Origin: a virus
IMG/VR virus record: IMGVR_UViG_3300042445_000711
Span: 11,569-75,568 of that record
Reading direction: 5' to 3' (one strand)
DNA length: 64,000 nucleotides
Notes under the pieces: generated by a model
The model's input: only the letters and a program-made list of their open reading frames with translations
Database searches by the model: none
Told to the model about the DNA's origin: nothing
Shown: piece by piece, positions 30,734 through 41,364 of the stretch
How the letters are laid out: each line of letters starts with the position of its first letter
How positions within the stretch are numbered: the stretch's first letter is position 1
Position numbers and translations under genes: made by a program

Positions 30734-31150
30734 TTATTTAAACCATTCTTCTGGAATAAATTTATCTGCATACAAAAATCCGTTCTTATCACACCAATCT
30801 GCGTAAGATGTTTTTGAATTTTTTGAAATTTTGTTTTTGGATGATGTGAATACAAACCTAATATCAAATTCAGGATGTTGTTCTTTTATAAATAGATGTT
30901 TCTTTCTATCAGCAGGAACAAACCTACCTTTAGTTTCTACAAAGATACCATTTGGTAATTTAAAATCTGGATTGTATGTATGTTTTGAAGCAGGTATAAT
31001 GTACGGAATCTTTTCTGATTCGTATTGTACAGGAATACCTTTACTATCTATTTGAATTGATATTGATTCTTCTAAGCCTGATTTGAAACCATGCTTCCTT
31101 GCTACCCAACCTTTTTTGGTTGGTTTTTTTAATGTAACCTTTTTAGCCAT
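30734..31150 (-). CDS. T7 endonuclease I-like Holliday junction resolvase
   Basis: FKSGLEE, YE..KIPY, YNPDF.LPNGIFVETKGRF...DRKKH, YADWCDKNGF. Confidence 0.92.
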   Translation of the reverse strand: MAKKVTLKKPTKKGWVARKHGFKSGLEESISIQIDSKGIPVQYESEKIPYIIPASKHTYNPDFKLPNGIFVETKGRFVPADRKKHLFIKEQHPEFDIRFVFTSSKNKISKNSKTSYADWCDKNGFLYADKFIPEEWFK

Positions 31151-31152
31151 TA

Positions 31153-31359
31153 TTATTTAAAAGTATCAGAATACTTTTTTTCACTTATTGCACCACCTCT
31201 ACCTGTTTTGAATTTTTCAGCAGTTAAGATTTGCTCATCTGCTTTTTTCAAATCATTTGTAGTGTATGGAGTTTTTGCATTAACTCCTGCATCAAATCCA
31301 ATCTTATCAACACCTAATGCTGATTGTTGTGCTTTGTATAATTCTTCTATTGTAGGCAT
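31153..31359 (-). CDS. Small hypothetical protein
   Basis: 68-aa ORF in the operon. Confidence 0.6.
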   Translation of the reverse strand: MPTIEELYKAQQSALGVDKIGFDAGVNAKTPYTTNDLKKADEQILTAEKFKTGRGGAISEKKYSDTFK

Positions 31360-31371
31360 AGTTTATATTGT

Positions 31372-31617
31372 TTATTTTAATGTTACTATTGGGTATCCAC
31401 CAGAATCCTCTGGTATTTTATTTTTTATATCTTCTGCATTTGGATAATCATCTGTTAAAAATATGTGAACATATTTATTAAAATTTTCTTCTAATATAAA
31501 TTCTTTTAGTAATTCTCCATTTTCTAATAAAAGAATACCAAATAATTTATCATCAATTAATTGAGCATTAGCTTCATTAATTAAAAAATACTCAAATGCT
31601 TCTAGTTGTAGTTCCAT
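31372..31617 (-). CDS. Small acidic hypothetical protein
   Basis: 81-aa ORF preceded by the ATATTTATA motif. Confidence 0.6.
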   Translation of the reverse strand: MELQLEAFEYFLINEANAQLIDDKLFGILLLENGELLKEFILEENFNKYVHIFLTDDYPNAEDIKNKIPEDSGGYPIVTLK

Positions 31618-31631
31618 AATATTATTTTATA

Positions 31632-31641
31632 TATAAATATC
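31632..31641 (-). promoter_or_regulatory. Putative late promoter motif
   Basis: GATATTTATA upstream of 31617. Confidence 0.55.
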
Positions 31642-31643
31642 AA

Positions 31644-32849
31644 TTAAGTATCAAAACGGACAATAAAGTTTACGGGAATTTCCGGGTCTGATTTAATTGG
31701 CTTTGGTAACTTTGCTACTGCAACCAAATCACAATCATCATCGTATAAACCAATTGTTGTTATAAATGGTGCTAAGAACGAACCAGTTGAATCCACAGAA
31801 CCACTTAAATCATAATGTTCAAATCCTGCTAATTTATTTCCAACTGAACCTGAAAATCTATGGTCTAAAATATTTCCATTTTCTAATGTAGTTAATTTTT
31901 TAATATATTTTACAGGTTGCTCCGTATATACTCGCTTAGCTTTACCATAATCATCAATAAATGTTTCATATGAACCACCTACTGATTTTACTGCTGATGG
32001 GTTTGTAGATACATTATAATCAGATTCATTTACAATTAAAAGATACTCGTGTTCGTAAATAGTTTCAGTTGATTTAAATGTTAAATCCCATGTATTAATT
32101 AATCGTATATCCGAATTTCTAGTTAATGTAACCAAACCATGATTATAAAAAACATTACCAATTTTAATACCACTTGCTTCTTCAGGTAAGAATGTAAAAT
32201 TATCTGCAATCATTCTACCCGTTTCTAAATCAAATGTATCAACTAAAGCAGAATAAGAATTTCCACTTACAGAAATTGTTATTTCATTATTTTCTACATC
32301 AAAAAAATAACTATTTATTGTAGCAGAGTAAGTATTTCCAACTACATCTTCAAATACCATAACACCCGCAGCAGGTTCAATTCCGTTATTTATTAAAGAA
32401 ATTATTATTTCATCTCTTACATCAAATAAATTACCATTACTATCATCAGTAAATGCAGTATTATTTTCATTTAAAGTTACCGAACCTTTTTTAATACCTT
32501 CACCAACGTATATATTTGGTATTGATATAACTTTTGCAGACCCACTTAAAAATCGTTCTGTTGCGTTTATAGATTCAATATAATTTTTACTCTTATTACC
32601 AATTCTAACAAACGGATTATCTTCGTGTCCATTATAAAATTGTGCTCTTAATTGCCCATAAACAGAATGTTTATTATATGATGACCCACTTAAACTACCA
32701 GAAGTTAATACATTTGAATCGGTTGATGTATAATCCCCACTAACTGCTTCTAATACAGTAATTTCTGTAGAGTCATTATCAAACGCCCATTGTTTGTAAG
32801 CTTTGAATGGTCTTACACTAATATCTGATTTTGGTATTCGTTTTAACAT
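31644..32849 (-). CDS. Virion tail/baseplate protein with tail-collar-fibre-like C-terminus
   Basis: ITTIGLYDDDCDLVAVAKLPKPI resembles the fibre-attachment (DUF3751-like) segment; paralogue of 32921. Confidence 0.6.
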   Translation of the reverse strand: MLKRIPKSDISVRPFKAYKQWAFDNDSTEITVLEAVSGDYTSTDSNVLTSGSLSGSSYNKHSVYGQLRAQFYNGHEDNPFVRIGNKSKNYIESINATERFLSGSAKVISIPNIYVGEGIKKGSVTLNENNTAFTDDSNGNLFDVRDEIIISLINNGIEPAAGVMVFEDVVGNTYSATINSYFFDVENNEITISVSGNSYSALVDTFDLETGRMIADNFTFLPEEASGIKIGNVFYNHGLVTLTRNSDIRLINTWDLTFKSTETIYEHEYLLIVNESDYNVSTNPSAVKSVGGSYETFIDDYGKAKRVYTEQPVKYIKKLTTLENGNILDHRFSGSVGNKLAGFEHYDLSGSVDSTGSFLAPFITTIGLYDDDCDLVAVAKLPKPIKSDPEIPVNFIVRFDT

Positions 32850-32855
32850 ATCAGT

Positions 32856-32865
32856 AATAAATATC
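32856..32865 (-). promoter_or_regulatory. Putative late promoter motif
   Basis: GATATTTATT upstream of 32849, just after a terminator. Confidence 0.55.
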
Positions 32866-32870
32866 TCATA

Positions 32871-32896
32871 AACTAAAAACCCACCAAAAGGTGGGT
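32871..32896 (-). terminator. Rho-independent terminator
   Basis: Minus strand ACCCACC-TTTT-GGTGGGT followed by a T-run. Confidence 0.75.
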
Positions 32897-32920
32897 CAGT
32901 AGTTTATAAATTACTCTAAA

Positions 32921-34180
32921 TTAAAAATCTAATTTAACTTTGATTGCCACTTCTTTATCAAATGATTTCTCAACAGGTTTAGAAGTTTTTGCTACTGCTA
33001 ATAATTCGTTAGCATCATCGTATAAACCAACGGTTGTTATATAAACTCGTGGGTCTCTTTCAAATGTTGCTTGAACAAATTCACCAACAGAACCAGTTAC
33101 GAATGTTGGGTTGTTTGAAAAATTAAATTCTCTGTTATTTGCTCTTACAAAATAATGAGAAGTTGAAACATTTTCTGTTCTACGAACTTGAAAATCACCA
33201 CCACTTGCTAATGCTTTTAATAATGCAATTGAACCGGATGATGCATTTTGAATTGATGCTGATGTTGAATTATTATGATACACACCTGTAATTGAACCAG
33301 TTGCTGCTGATAAGTTTGCATTAACGTTAGCTGCTAATGCTGCAGGATTTAACAATATAATACCCATATCTGGATAAAATAATCCCCACCCTTGTCCGTT
33401 TGAAGATGTATATGTATTAATTGATGCCGATAATGCAGAACCAATATTTAATGAACCACTAACTAAGTTATAAACTCTACCTGATGTAGTTACGTTTTCA
33501 TCCGTTCCACCACTATCATCAATTAAAGTAACAGTTCCTAACGAACCTACTAACTTAATTGAAATATTACCTGGATCTAATCTTTCTTTATATCTTGCTC
33601 TATTAATGTTAATTGCATAAAAGTTTTCTAAATCATGAGCTCCCGCAGTTGAACCACTATATACACTAAAGTATGAATCAGCAGAATCTAATAAAATATT
33701 ACGATATTGATTATAAGTTGCTTTTGTAGGTAAAGTAGATGAATCATCTTGTGTTAATGTAGGTGCTCCATTTCCACTCTTATCACCATATGCAATTGAG
33801 AATTGAACTTCAGATGCCGTTGATGATGTTAATCCGTTATAAACATCTATGTAGTATTTACCACTAACACTTTCAATTTGTGTAGATGATGTGTAAGTTG
33901 CATTAATTGCTAATGAACCCGTATCACCACTCCATATTCCAGAAGTTACAATTTCTGTTCTGTTGGTTACTTTATCAATTGCTCCAAACTTTTTATAAAT
34001 ACCATTTGTAATAGTAGTTATATCGGAACTAATTTGTTCTCCAGTTCCTAAAAATTGATTTACAATTCTAACTAATTCGCTAGAATCTACGGGAGTTCCT
34101 GCGGTGTTAGCAGCACCTGCCAAATATTGTGATATTTGACTTGCTAAAAGTGCTCCTCTATTGTCTCTAATTATTGCCAT
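32921..34180 (-). CDS. Virion tail/baseplate protein with tail-collar-fibre-like C-terminus
   Basis: YITTVGLYDDANELLAVAKTSKP; rich in SGS/TGS. Confidence 0.6.
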   Translation of the reverse strand: MAIIRDNRGALLASQISQYLAGAANTAGTPVDSSELVRIVNQFLGTGEQISSDITTITNGIYKKFGAIDKVTNRTEIVTSGIWSGDTGSLAINATYTSSTQIESVSGKYYIDVYNGLTSSTASEVQFSIAYGDKSGNGAPTLTQDDSSTLPTKATYNQYRNILLDSADSYFSVYSGSTAGAHDLENFYAININRARYKERLDPGNISIKLVGSLGTVTLIDDSGGTDENVTTSGRVYNLVSGSLNIGSALSASINTYTSSNGQGWGLFYPDMGIILLNPAALAANVNANLSAATGSITGVYHNNSTSASIQNASSGSIALLKALASGGDFQVRRTENVSTSHYFVRANNREFNFSNNPTFVTGSVGEFVQATFERDPRVYITTVGLYDDANELLAVAKTSKPVEKSFDKEVAIKVKLDF

Positions 34181-34189
34181 TTTTCTTTA

Positions 34190-34813
34190 TTATTGAACGT
34201 AAGTTACGGTAATTGGAATAGTTTGTGAACCTCCTGTTTCATTACCATAAACTGTAATAGTAGTTCTAATGGTAGATGTTAAAGATGGGTTTGGTATAAA
34301 TTTAAATGTTAATCCTTTAGATACTGCCGCAGTTGCAGATACATCATCTCCGATAAAGATAGGTACTGAACCTACTTCCGATGTTACACCCGAACCAATA
34401 ATATCACCTGCGTTTTTGTTTGATAATACAATAGTATATCCTAAACTTCTATTTCCCGCTGGAGATGTTGTTGGTGATAAAGCAACTTCACCACTTTTTT
34501 GATTAACTGCAATATTAGGAACTCCAAATTCAACAATCGGAATACGAGTTGTATTTTTTGGAAGGGTTACTAACTTATACTTCATTACCTGTGTTTCATC
34601 AGGATTTGCTTCCAATACAGGCATATTTTTAATTGCTGCATCGTAGTAAGATGAACCAAGTGGATGAGCCGGCTCATATAATGAATAATCAATCTCATCA
34701 TCTGCTAATGCAAATTGAGTGATGTTTAAACCTTGTCCCGCTGCCAGTTTTTCTCTACCTTTTTTTGTAAGGATTGCATCTACTGTTAATTCGGTATTAC
34801 TTAAATATCCCAT
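34190..34813 (-). CDS. Virion protein with tail-collar-fibre-like N-terminus
   Basis: ILTKKGREKLAAG..LNITQFALAD resembles the P2 gpH/DUF3751 N-terminus. Confidence 0.55.
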   Translation of the reverse strand: MGYLSNTELTVDAILTKKGREKLAAGQGLNITQFALADDEIDYSLYEPAHPLGSSYYDAAIKNMPVLEANPDETQVMKYKLVTLPKNTTRIPIVEFGVPNIAVNQKSGEVALSPTTSPAGNRSLGYTIVLSNKNAGDIIGSGVTSEVGSVPIFIGDDVSATAAVSKGLTFKFIPNPSLTSTIRTTITVYGNETGGSQTIPITVTYVQ

Positions 34814-34827
34814 AGTCTTAATGTATT

Positions 34828-34844
34828 ATCTTTAATATAAATAT
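34828..34844 (-). promoter_or_regulatory. Putative late promoter motif
   Basis: ATATTTATATTAAAGAT, identical to the copy at 26361-26377. Confidence 0.6.
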
Positions 34845-34861
34845 AGTTTTTTTAAAAATTA

Positions 34862-37800
34862 TTACTCTACTTCCAAAATTGGTTCGTTTGCACTTCTACC
34901 TGCTTTATTAACCTTTAATGTATTAGGATTAGATACAAATGTTTCAACTGGTGAAGAACCATCTAATGTAGTTGCTGCCGTATTTTTTGAACCATTATAA
35001 AAAGAATTTTGCAATCCTCTTGTCAAATCCGTTGTGTTTCTATAATGTGTTGGTAAATATCCATTTAAAGGAATTACTTCAATAATACTACCCGTCCCTG
35101 CGTTTATTGTTTTAGAACCTGAGAATGGTTGTATATTTAAATTGGTTTCATAATAAACAGATGAGGTTAAAACAAAACCGTCTTTTATATCACCAATACC
35201 ATTTACTGTTGTTTTATATTTTAAAGTTTTTCTTGTTTTTTGTTCTTTAACTAAATCAACTTTAACTCTTTCTTTTACTCTTCTATTGTTTTTATCAAAA
35301 TATGTTCTAATCGCGTGTCCATCTTGTGCGTATAATCCAAATCCAATACTTTCATAATCAGTTTGACCAACTATAATACTACTATTGATTAAATCAATTT
35401 CAGTAACTATTGTTGGGTCTTCTAATCCTGCATCTATTGTAACTTCTTTTTGATAATATTCTGCACCTACTAATGTAGTTTCTGTATTTTGGATTTCAGT
35501 ATCATATTGATAATTTTCAGCAATTAAATTTTCACTTAAATTTGCATCAATTACAGTTTCTTTTTGATTATTTTCTCCAGTTAATAAATATTGAGAATTT
35601 GCATCTAACGTTACTTCTTGTTGAAAATTTTCAGAAGTCAATACAGTTGAATCATCATAATGTATTACAGATTCGTATTGATTATTTTCTCCAGTTGGTT
35701 TCTTTTGAGCAATTTTACTTCTTTCTAAAAAATGTGGTTCAATTAAAAGACCTGTTGTTGCTTTAACTCTAGCAGGCAACATATTTTTAATATCTTCAAA
35801 CATAGATTTCTCATACAACTTAATTAAGTTAATATAAGCATATATGTCTATGTTATTAAATCTTTTAAAATAATATTTTCTTAAATCATCTAAACCTCTA
35901 TAATTTGTTTTGTATCTATCCGATGGGTCACCAATATAATTATCTAAATTAATACCACCAAACGATTTAGCAATATCAATATTCAACTCTTTTGTAGGAG
36001 AAAAGAATAAACCAACTCTATTAGAATCCGTTGGTGCTTGGTCTAATGATTTTCTAGTAGCTCTACTATTAACCGATAAATCTGTTACTAATGTTTGTTC
36101 TTCAAAACGAATTTTATTAGTTGAATATCTCGATGAACCAACATCTGGTATATCTAACACAACTGTTCTATCTATTGCTTCAAAATTATATGGATACGAT
36201 ACTGCATTTGAAAAACCATAAGCACTTGCCGAATATGATGCAGAAGGATTTTCTGAAAATAATAAAGAAGTATTTCCATCTTCGTAATTATTTCTTGTTA
36301 AACTTCCACTAAAATAAATATTAGTATCAACATTTGGTAAAGATGCAGATGGGTATAAATTTTTTGGATATTCAAAATCTAAACGGAAAAACAAATCATC
36401 AGTAGATGCCGAAACGTGATTACCATTAATCATTTCAGGAAACGAAACGTGCTCAAAAAATCTTTCTCTTTCCAATGGTGTACTCCATAAACGGAATTCA
36501 TCGATACTACCACTAAAGTTTCCACCTAGTGTAATTAAAGAACCATTATTCCAATTAGAACTACCACTTGAAATACTTGCAGATATAGTATTTTGAAATA
36601 AAGTTCTTTCTTTATCTGATTGTCTAACATTTAATTCAAAATTATGAAAACTACCAGTAACTTCTCTACTTACTGATATACCAAAAAATGAACCATTAAA
36701 TATTGGTAAGATAGAAGAACTAATTCCGTTTGAACCAGAATAATCAAATATTACATACCCATTATTACTATTAGCAGAACCACTTACTTTTACATCCCAA
36801 CCACTACCTGAAATTAAAGTATATTCTCCACTTGTTGCAGGTTTTACAAAAAATTCAATGGTATCGGGTTTTCTATTTCTTTCAGTATCTTTCCATTGAA
36901 AATCAATTTTAGAACCACTTGTCATTTTAAGAGCAGTTGTAATGTTATCCATTATCAATTTACTCCTATTAGTATCCGTTACTTCCGGTCCTCCAAATTC
37001 TAAAATAGAAAGATTTGATGATGGAATACCATAGCAACTTAATAAAGCATATATACCTCTTCTTGTACCTTTGTGTTTTAATAAATAAGGTAAGTTATTT
37101 ACAATTCTTCTCCAAACTTCATTTGTTCTTTCTTTACCAGGTGAAGCATTTACAACACTACCATCTATATTTTTTCCAAATACATAATTCCAAAGTTTAG
37201 AATCGGAAGCTAAATTCTTAGCATTCCAATCAAAAGATTTAAGTGTTTCAAATAAAAGTTTATCTGAAATACCATTTTTTGATTTATAACCCAAACCTCT
37301 ACTTTTTTCAATTGATTTTGTATAAAAATATATGTTGTCAAAATGTTGTCCAATCATTGATAAAAATAATAACATACTTTCATTTTCTGTATTATTTACA
37401 ATAAATTGTGGAATGTTGTTTTGAACCCAATTTGGATTTTCTATATCAAAATCTTCGGATAATGTTATAATAGTTTCATACCAATCAGTTACTTCCGTTG
37501 TACTACTTAATTTTCTAATACTACCGTTATGTGGCCAACTTAATGAAGATGATGTGTATAAGAATTTTTCAAATCCATCAAATCCATTTACTAATTGATT
37601 TTTCTTTAATAATTGTTTATCACGTTCTTGTATTGCAGATAATGAACCAGTATGTCCAGATAAGTATGGGTCATAATAAGATGCAGATATTAAAGATTCA
37701 TAATTTTCAATTAATTGAACTTTATAAACAAAATTATCTACTCTTTCTTTTGCCGAACTAAAGTGTACAAAATTATCCCAAGCATATGTAGAACCTGTTA

Positions 37801-39772
37801 CATATTCAATATTCAAATCATCTGTACTAACTAATGAAGAACTTAAATACAAACCAACTAATTGTGCAGATGATGTATTTGTTAATATTAAATCATCTAA
37901 TGATTCATAATTAGTAGAACTACCTTTTATATAATCAACTTCAATTGAAAAGTTCGGTCCTTTTATTGGAGGACAGGATAAATTATCTTGCTCTGTAAGG
38001 ATTACCGTTTCAATTAACGGATTTGTCAATAATTTAGTAACCCAAAATGTTGAATTTGGTGTTACAGATGCCGGTATTGGTGAATATAATTTTAATATTA
38101 TAGATTCAACTTTGTCCGTTTCTTGAACAAATTCATTACCTAATTGGTCTACCGATTTTTTAGATAAAGACCAATCATCCGTTTCCCAAGATGAAATTAA
38201 TACTTGCTCATCATTACCAAAATTAGCAAGGTGAGTTAAGTTTTTACTTTCTTTTTCTGGTTCAATTATTTGTAGCTTTTCAATAAAAGCATCAAACATT
38301 GCTTTACCAAAAATCTCTTCATTAATTTCTAATAAAGGTAGTATTAATTTAGTAACAATTTCATAATCATTACCAATAAGTGATTCAGCACCACCTCTAT
38401 TGTATGGTATTAGTTTTAAAGTTACATTATCACTACCTGTCCAATTGGGGAATCTATCTCTTAATGTTTTAAGATGTATAGTTACTCTTCCATTTGTAGG
38501 TTGATTTACGAATAATGGAACAAACGAATTATCTTTTAATTTTAAATGTATATCTACACTCGTTGCTGCAAATGTATTCCAAATTACATCATATGATAAA
38601 TTGTAATCTGAAAAAGATGGAACATCTATTAATTCTGCAAATGTTGTTTCTGTAATAGATGGAAAATCATTAATAGCAGTAAATGTTACATTAACTTCTA
38701 CTCTACCACCAGTACCAAAATTATCACTAACTGCTACTAATATTATTTTTTTAGTACCATATACTTCCGCAAAATCTTTTTGGAAATAAATAATTGCCTG
38801 TCTATCGGATGCAGGAACTTCTATTGTATTATTAGGTCCTAAATATACAATTACTCTATCAGCTTGTTCTGTATTAAATGGAATTGCAATTGTTTTTTCT
38901 AAATCCGAATCTTTTACAGAAACATTAAATTGATTACCATTTGGTAAAATAATCTTTGGTTCTGCGTATTTAATTTCTTTTTGAAAATTTGCAATAACAA
39001 CAAAACTACTGAATAATTTATTTGCAGGAACTGAAAATACAGTACCACTAACTTGAGTTAATGCTGATAAATCTCTACCTTCATTTTTTACTAAAGATGA
39101 ATTACCTTCGTATACACCACTAAATGTAAACCCATCTGGTAAATTTCCTTCTATTTTAAATAAAACAGTACCATTTTGTAAAACATCCTTTGGTAATTGT
39201 TTTTTAGCAAAACTTCTTGTACCATCTAAAAATAAAACACCACTATCATGTGTATAATCATTTGATACTATACTATATGTTAAAGATACATTCCCACCTA
39301 ATTCATTTCTAAAGTTACTACCAAATGAAATTTCATATTCACTATTTGGATTTGGAGTTACAATTTCTTGTCTATCTACTCTTTTTTTGGCAGCAGGTGG
39401 TTGAGGAACAATAACATCTGCAATTTTTGGTATTTCTAAATCTTGTAATGCTTTTAATGTTTGTTCTACATTTGTAGGATTTCTTTCATTAATAGTAATT
39501 GGGTCACCATTAACATCTGTAAACGTTAATGGTTGATATATAGGTCCGATTGTATCAGAACCCAAAAATGTAAGTGGATTTATAGGTCCTATATTTGCAG
39601 CAATAGCAGCTGATAAATCAGCCTGCCCGGCGGGAGTATTAATTTGGGCAAGAGTTTCACTTAAACCTGAAAGAGCATTTGGGTCAATTGTTATATTGCT
39701 TAATGCTTCATACAATTCGTATGTCATACCAAGCTTATCTGCTTCTTTCTTTTGTTCTTCCGTTAATGCCAT
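34862..39772 (-). CDS. Large baseplate wedge-like virion protein (gp7/P2-I-like segment + LamG-like domain)
   Basis: MIGQHFD, LLKHKGTRRGIYALLSCYG, FSGSIDEFRLW; located in the baseplate module. Confidence 0.6.
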   Translation of the reverse strand: MALTEEQKKEADKLGMTYELYEALSNITIDPNALSGLSETLAQINTPAGQADLSAAIAANIGPINPLTFLGSDTIGPIYQPLTFTDVNGDPITINERNPTNVEQTLKALQDLEIPKIADVIVPQPPAAKKRVDRQEIVTPNPNSEYEISFGSNFRNELGGNVSLTYSIVSNDYTHDSGVLFLDGTRSFAKKQLPKDVLQNGTVLFKIEGNLPDGFTFSGVYEGNSSLVKNEGRDLSALTQVSGTVFSVPANKLFSSFVVIANFQKEIKYAEPKIILPNGNQFNVSVKDSDLEKTIAIPFNTEQADRVIVYLGPNNTIEVPASDRQAIIYFQKDFAEVYGTKKIILVAVSDNFGTGGRVEVNVTFTAINDFPSITETTFAELIDVPSFSDYNLSYDVIWNTFAATSVDIHLKLKDNSFVPLFVNQPTNGRVTIHLKTLRDRFPNWTGSDNVTLKLIPYNRGGAESLIGNDYEIVTKLILPLLEINEEIFGKAMFDAFIEKLQIIEPEKESKNLTHLANFGNDEQVLISSWETDDWSLSKKSVDQLGNEFVQETDKVESIILKLYSPIPASVTPNSTFWVTKLLTNPLIETVILTEQDNLSCPPIKGPNFSIEVDYIKGSSTNYESLDDLILTNTSSAQLVGLYLSSSLVSTDDLNIEYVTGSTYAWDNFVHFSSAKERVDNFVYKVQLIENYESLISASYYDPYLSGHTGSLSAIQERDKQLLKKNQLVNGFDGFEKFLYTSSSLSWPHNGSIRKLSSTTEVTDWYETIITLSEDFDIENPNWVQNNIPQFIVNNTENESMLLFLSMIGQHFDNIYFYTKSIEKSRGLGYKSKNGISDKLLFETLKSFDWNAKNLASDSKLWNYVFGKNIDGSVVNASPGKERTNEVWRRIVNNLPYLLKHKGTRRGIYALLSCYGIPSSNLSILEFGGPEVTDTNRSKLIMDNITTALKMTSGSKIDFQWKDTERNRKPDTIEFFVKPATSGEYTLISGSGWDVKVSGSANSNNGYVIFDYSGSNGISSSILPIFNGSFFGISVSREVTGSFHNFELNVRQSDKERTLFQNTISASISSGSSNWNNGSLITLGGNFSGSIDEFRLWSTPLERERFFEHVSFPEMINGNHVSASTDDLFFRLDFEYPKNLYPSASLPNVDTNIYFSGSLTRNNYEDGNTSLLFSENPSASYSASAYGFSNAVSYPYNFEAIDRTVVLDIPDVGSSRYSTNKIRFEEQTLVTDLSVNSRATRKSLDQAPTDSNRVGLFFSPTKELNIDIAKSFGGINLDNYIGDPSDRYKTNYRGLDDLRKYYFKRFNNIDIYAYINLIKLYEKSMFEDIKNMLPARVKATTGLLIEPHFLERSKIAQKKPTGENNQYESVIHYDDSTVLTSENFQQEVTLDANSQYLLTGENNQKETVIDANLSENLIAENYQYDTEIQNTETTLVGAEYYQKEVTIDAGLEDPTIVTEIDLINSSIIVGQTDYESIGFGLYAQDGHAIRTYFDKNNRRVKERVKVDLVKEQKTRKTLKYKTTVNGIGDIKDGFVLTSSVYYETNLNIQPFSGSKTINAGTGSIIEVIPLNGYLPTHYRNTTDLTRGLQNSFYNGSKNTAATTLDGSSPVETFVSNPNTLKVNKAGRSANEPILEVE

Positions 39773-39785
39773 TTAATACTTTTAT

Positions 39786-39795
39786 TATAAATATC
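39786..39795 (-). promoter_or_regulatory. Putative late promoter motif
   Basis: GATATTTATA upstream of 39772. Confidence 0.55.
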
Positions 39796-39801
39796 TTATT
39801 A

Positions 39802-41358
39802 TTAATAATCTCTACCTGTTGGGTCGTTCTCTACATAGAATAAATCATTATTAAACCCTGAGTTTGTACCATTTAATCCCGCTGGTACATATTTAGTAGA
39901 GCTACCACCACCACCTATTCCTAATCCAATTTCTTGTTGAGCAGCAGTACTAAATTCGGTATCTACTAAATTTGGTTTAGTTTGAGTAGTAGGTGTTATT
40001 TCTTTTGAATTAGTTGGAGTAGTACCACAAATACTACGTTTATCTATGTTACCATATCCACCCTCCGCAATACTCACACTATTTTCAATTGCACATACAG
40101 TTCTTTGTTCACCTGGTGCTAGTATATAAGAAATAACTCCATTTGTACCCAATTGACGTAAAATAAATGTTCTATTATCCGATGGGTGGTAGTTACTTAA
40201 TATATATTCATATGCAACTTCTGATGGTGCAGATGGTGATGGTTTAGTTGGTTGTTTTGGTGGTCTGGTTGGTTCGGCTATCTTTTCTATAATTTCAACT
40301 TCTCTTATAGTTTTAATTGGTGATAATTGGTTTATTCCAGTAACCGTTACATCAACTTTATCTGGCATATAAATATTTCTCTTAATATCTATTTTAGTAC
40401 CAAATGAATCTAAATTATTTTGTATTTGTTTTCTTAATTCAACTATTCCAAATTCTTTTGGTAATTGTTTAATATCAACTTGTCTTCTTTGTAATGCTTT
40501 TGTATTAAAACTAATGCAATTATTTAATATACTTTGGATTTCTCCTAACAACATATTAAAATCATATTGACCACAACTTTCAAATCTTATTTCGGATGGT
40601 TTACCAAATGTAGATTGAGATATATCGTAGTATCTATTGTTTACCCAATTTTTTATACTATCTCTAAAATTATCAAATATTCTTTTATGAAAAATATCTA
40701 AATCTCTTAATCCAAAATCTTTTCTTAATACACTTCTAAAATCATTTCCAAATTTAGCAACCAATGCATCATCTATTACAGATAAAGAACCTGTTTCAAA
40801 CTTATCTAATGCATCTAATATATTTTTTTTATAATATTTAAAATCTTTACTTAAATTGTGAATATTTTTAAATTCAGTATTTGTAATATGATTTATATTA
40901 CCATTATTAGTTTTTAATGGAACTATACGAACTTCTTCTCTTGATGGTGATATTTCTTGAACCCAAACTCTTGTTAAATTATTATCAGTTCCTATTTTGT
41001 TTCTAACAAAATTTATATTAACTTTGAGAATACCATTTGAATATCCTAAATCTTTTAAAAGTCTTTCAACATTTATAGCAAGTTCTTTTTGACCTCCTGC
41101 ATTAACTATATCGTACATATAGTTTTTCATATCATTTGGTTTAATATATGCAACGTTGTTTCCTGCTTTATTTGGTAATAAAACATTATTAACATCATAT
41201 ATAGAAACCTCCATAACATCGTGTTTACAATCACCAAAATCTGCTTCTTCTATTTCAGTTTTGGATACAATAAACAAATCGTCCTTTAAAAGAAAATTAC
41301 CTTTATTTTCTTTTCTAGAATCAATTTCTTCAAAGTTGGTATATTTTGTAATACTCAT
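39802..41358 (-). CDS. Hypothetical protein, probably virion-associated
   Basis: 518-aa ORF in the structural module, Pro/Thr-rich linker. Confidence 0.5.
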   Translation of the reverse strand: MSITKYTNFEEIDSRKENKGNFLLKDDLFIVSKTEIEEADFGDCKHDVMEVSIYDVNNVLLPNKAGNNVAYIKPNDMKNYMYDIVNAGGQKELAINVERLLKDLGYSNGILKVNINFVRNKIGTDNNLTRVWVQEISPSREEVRIVPLKTNNGNINHITNTEFKNIHNLSKDFKYYKKNILDALDKFETGSLSVIDDALVAKFGNDFRSVLRKDFGLRDLDIFHKRIFDNFRDSIKNWVNNRYYDISQSTFGKPSEIRFESCGQYDFNMLLGEIQSILNNCISFNTKALQRRQVDIKQLPKEFGIVELRKQIQNNLDSFGTKIDIKRNIYMPDKVDVTVTGINQLSPIKTIREVEIIEKIAEPTRPPKQPTKPSPSAPSEVAYEYILSNYHPSDNRTFILRQLGTNGVISYILAPGEQRTVCAIENSVSIAEGGYGNIDKRSICGTTPTNSKEITPTTQTKPNLVDTEFSTAAQQEIGLGIGGGGSSTKYVPAGLNGTNSGFNNDLFYVENDPTGRDY

Positions 41359-41364
41359 AAATTA

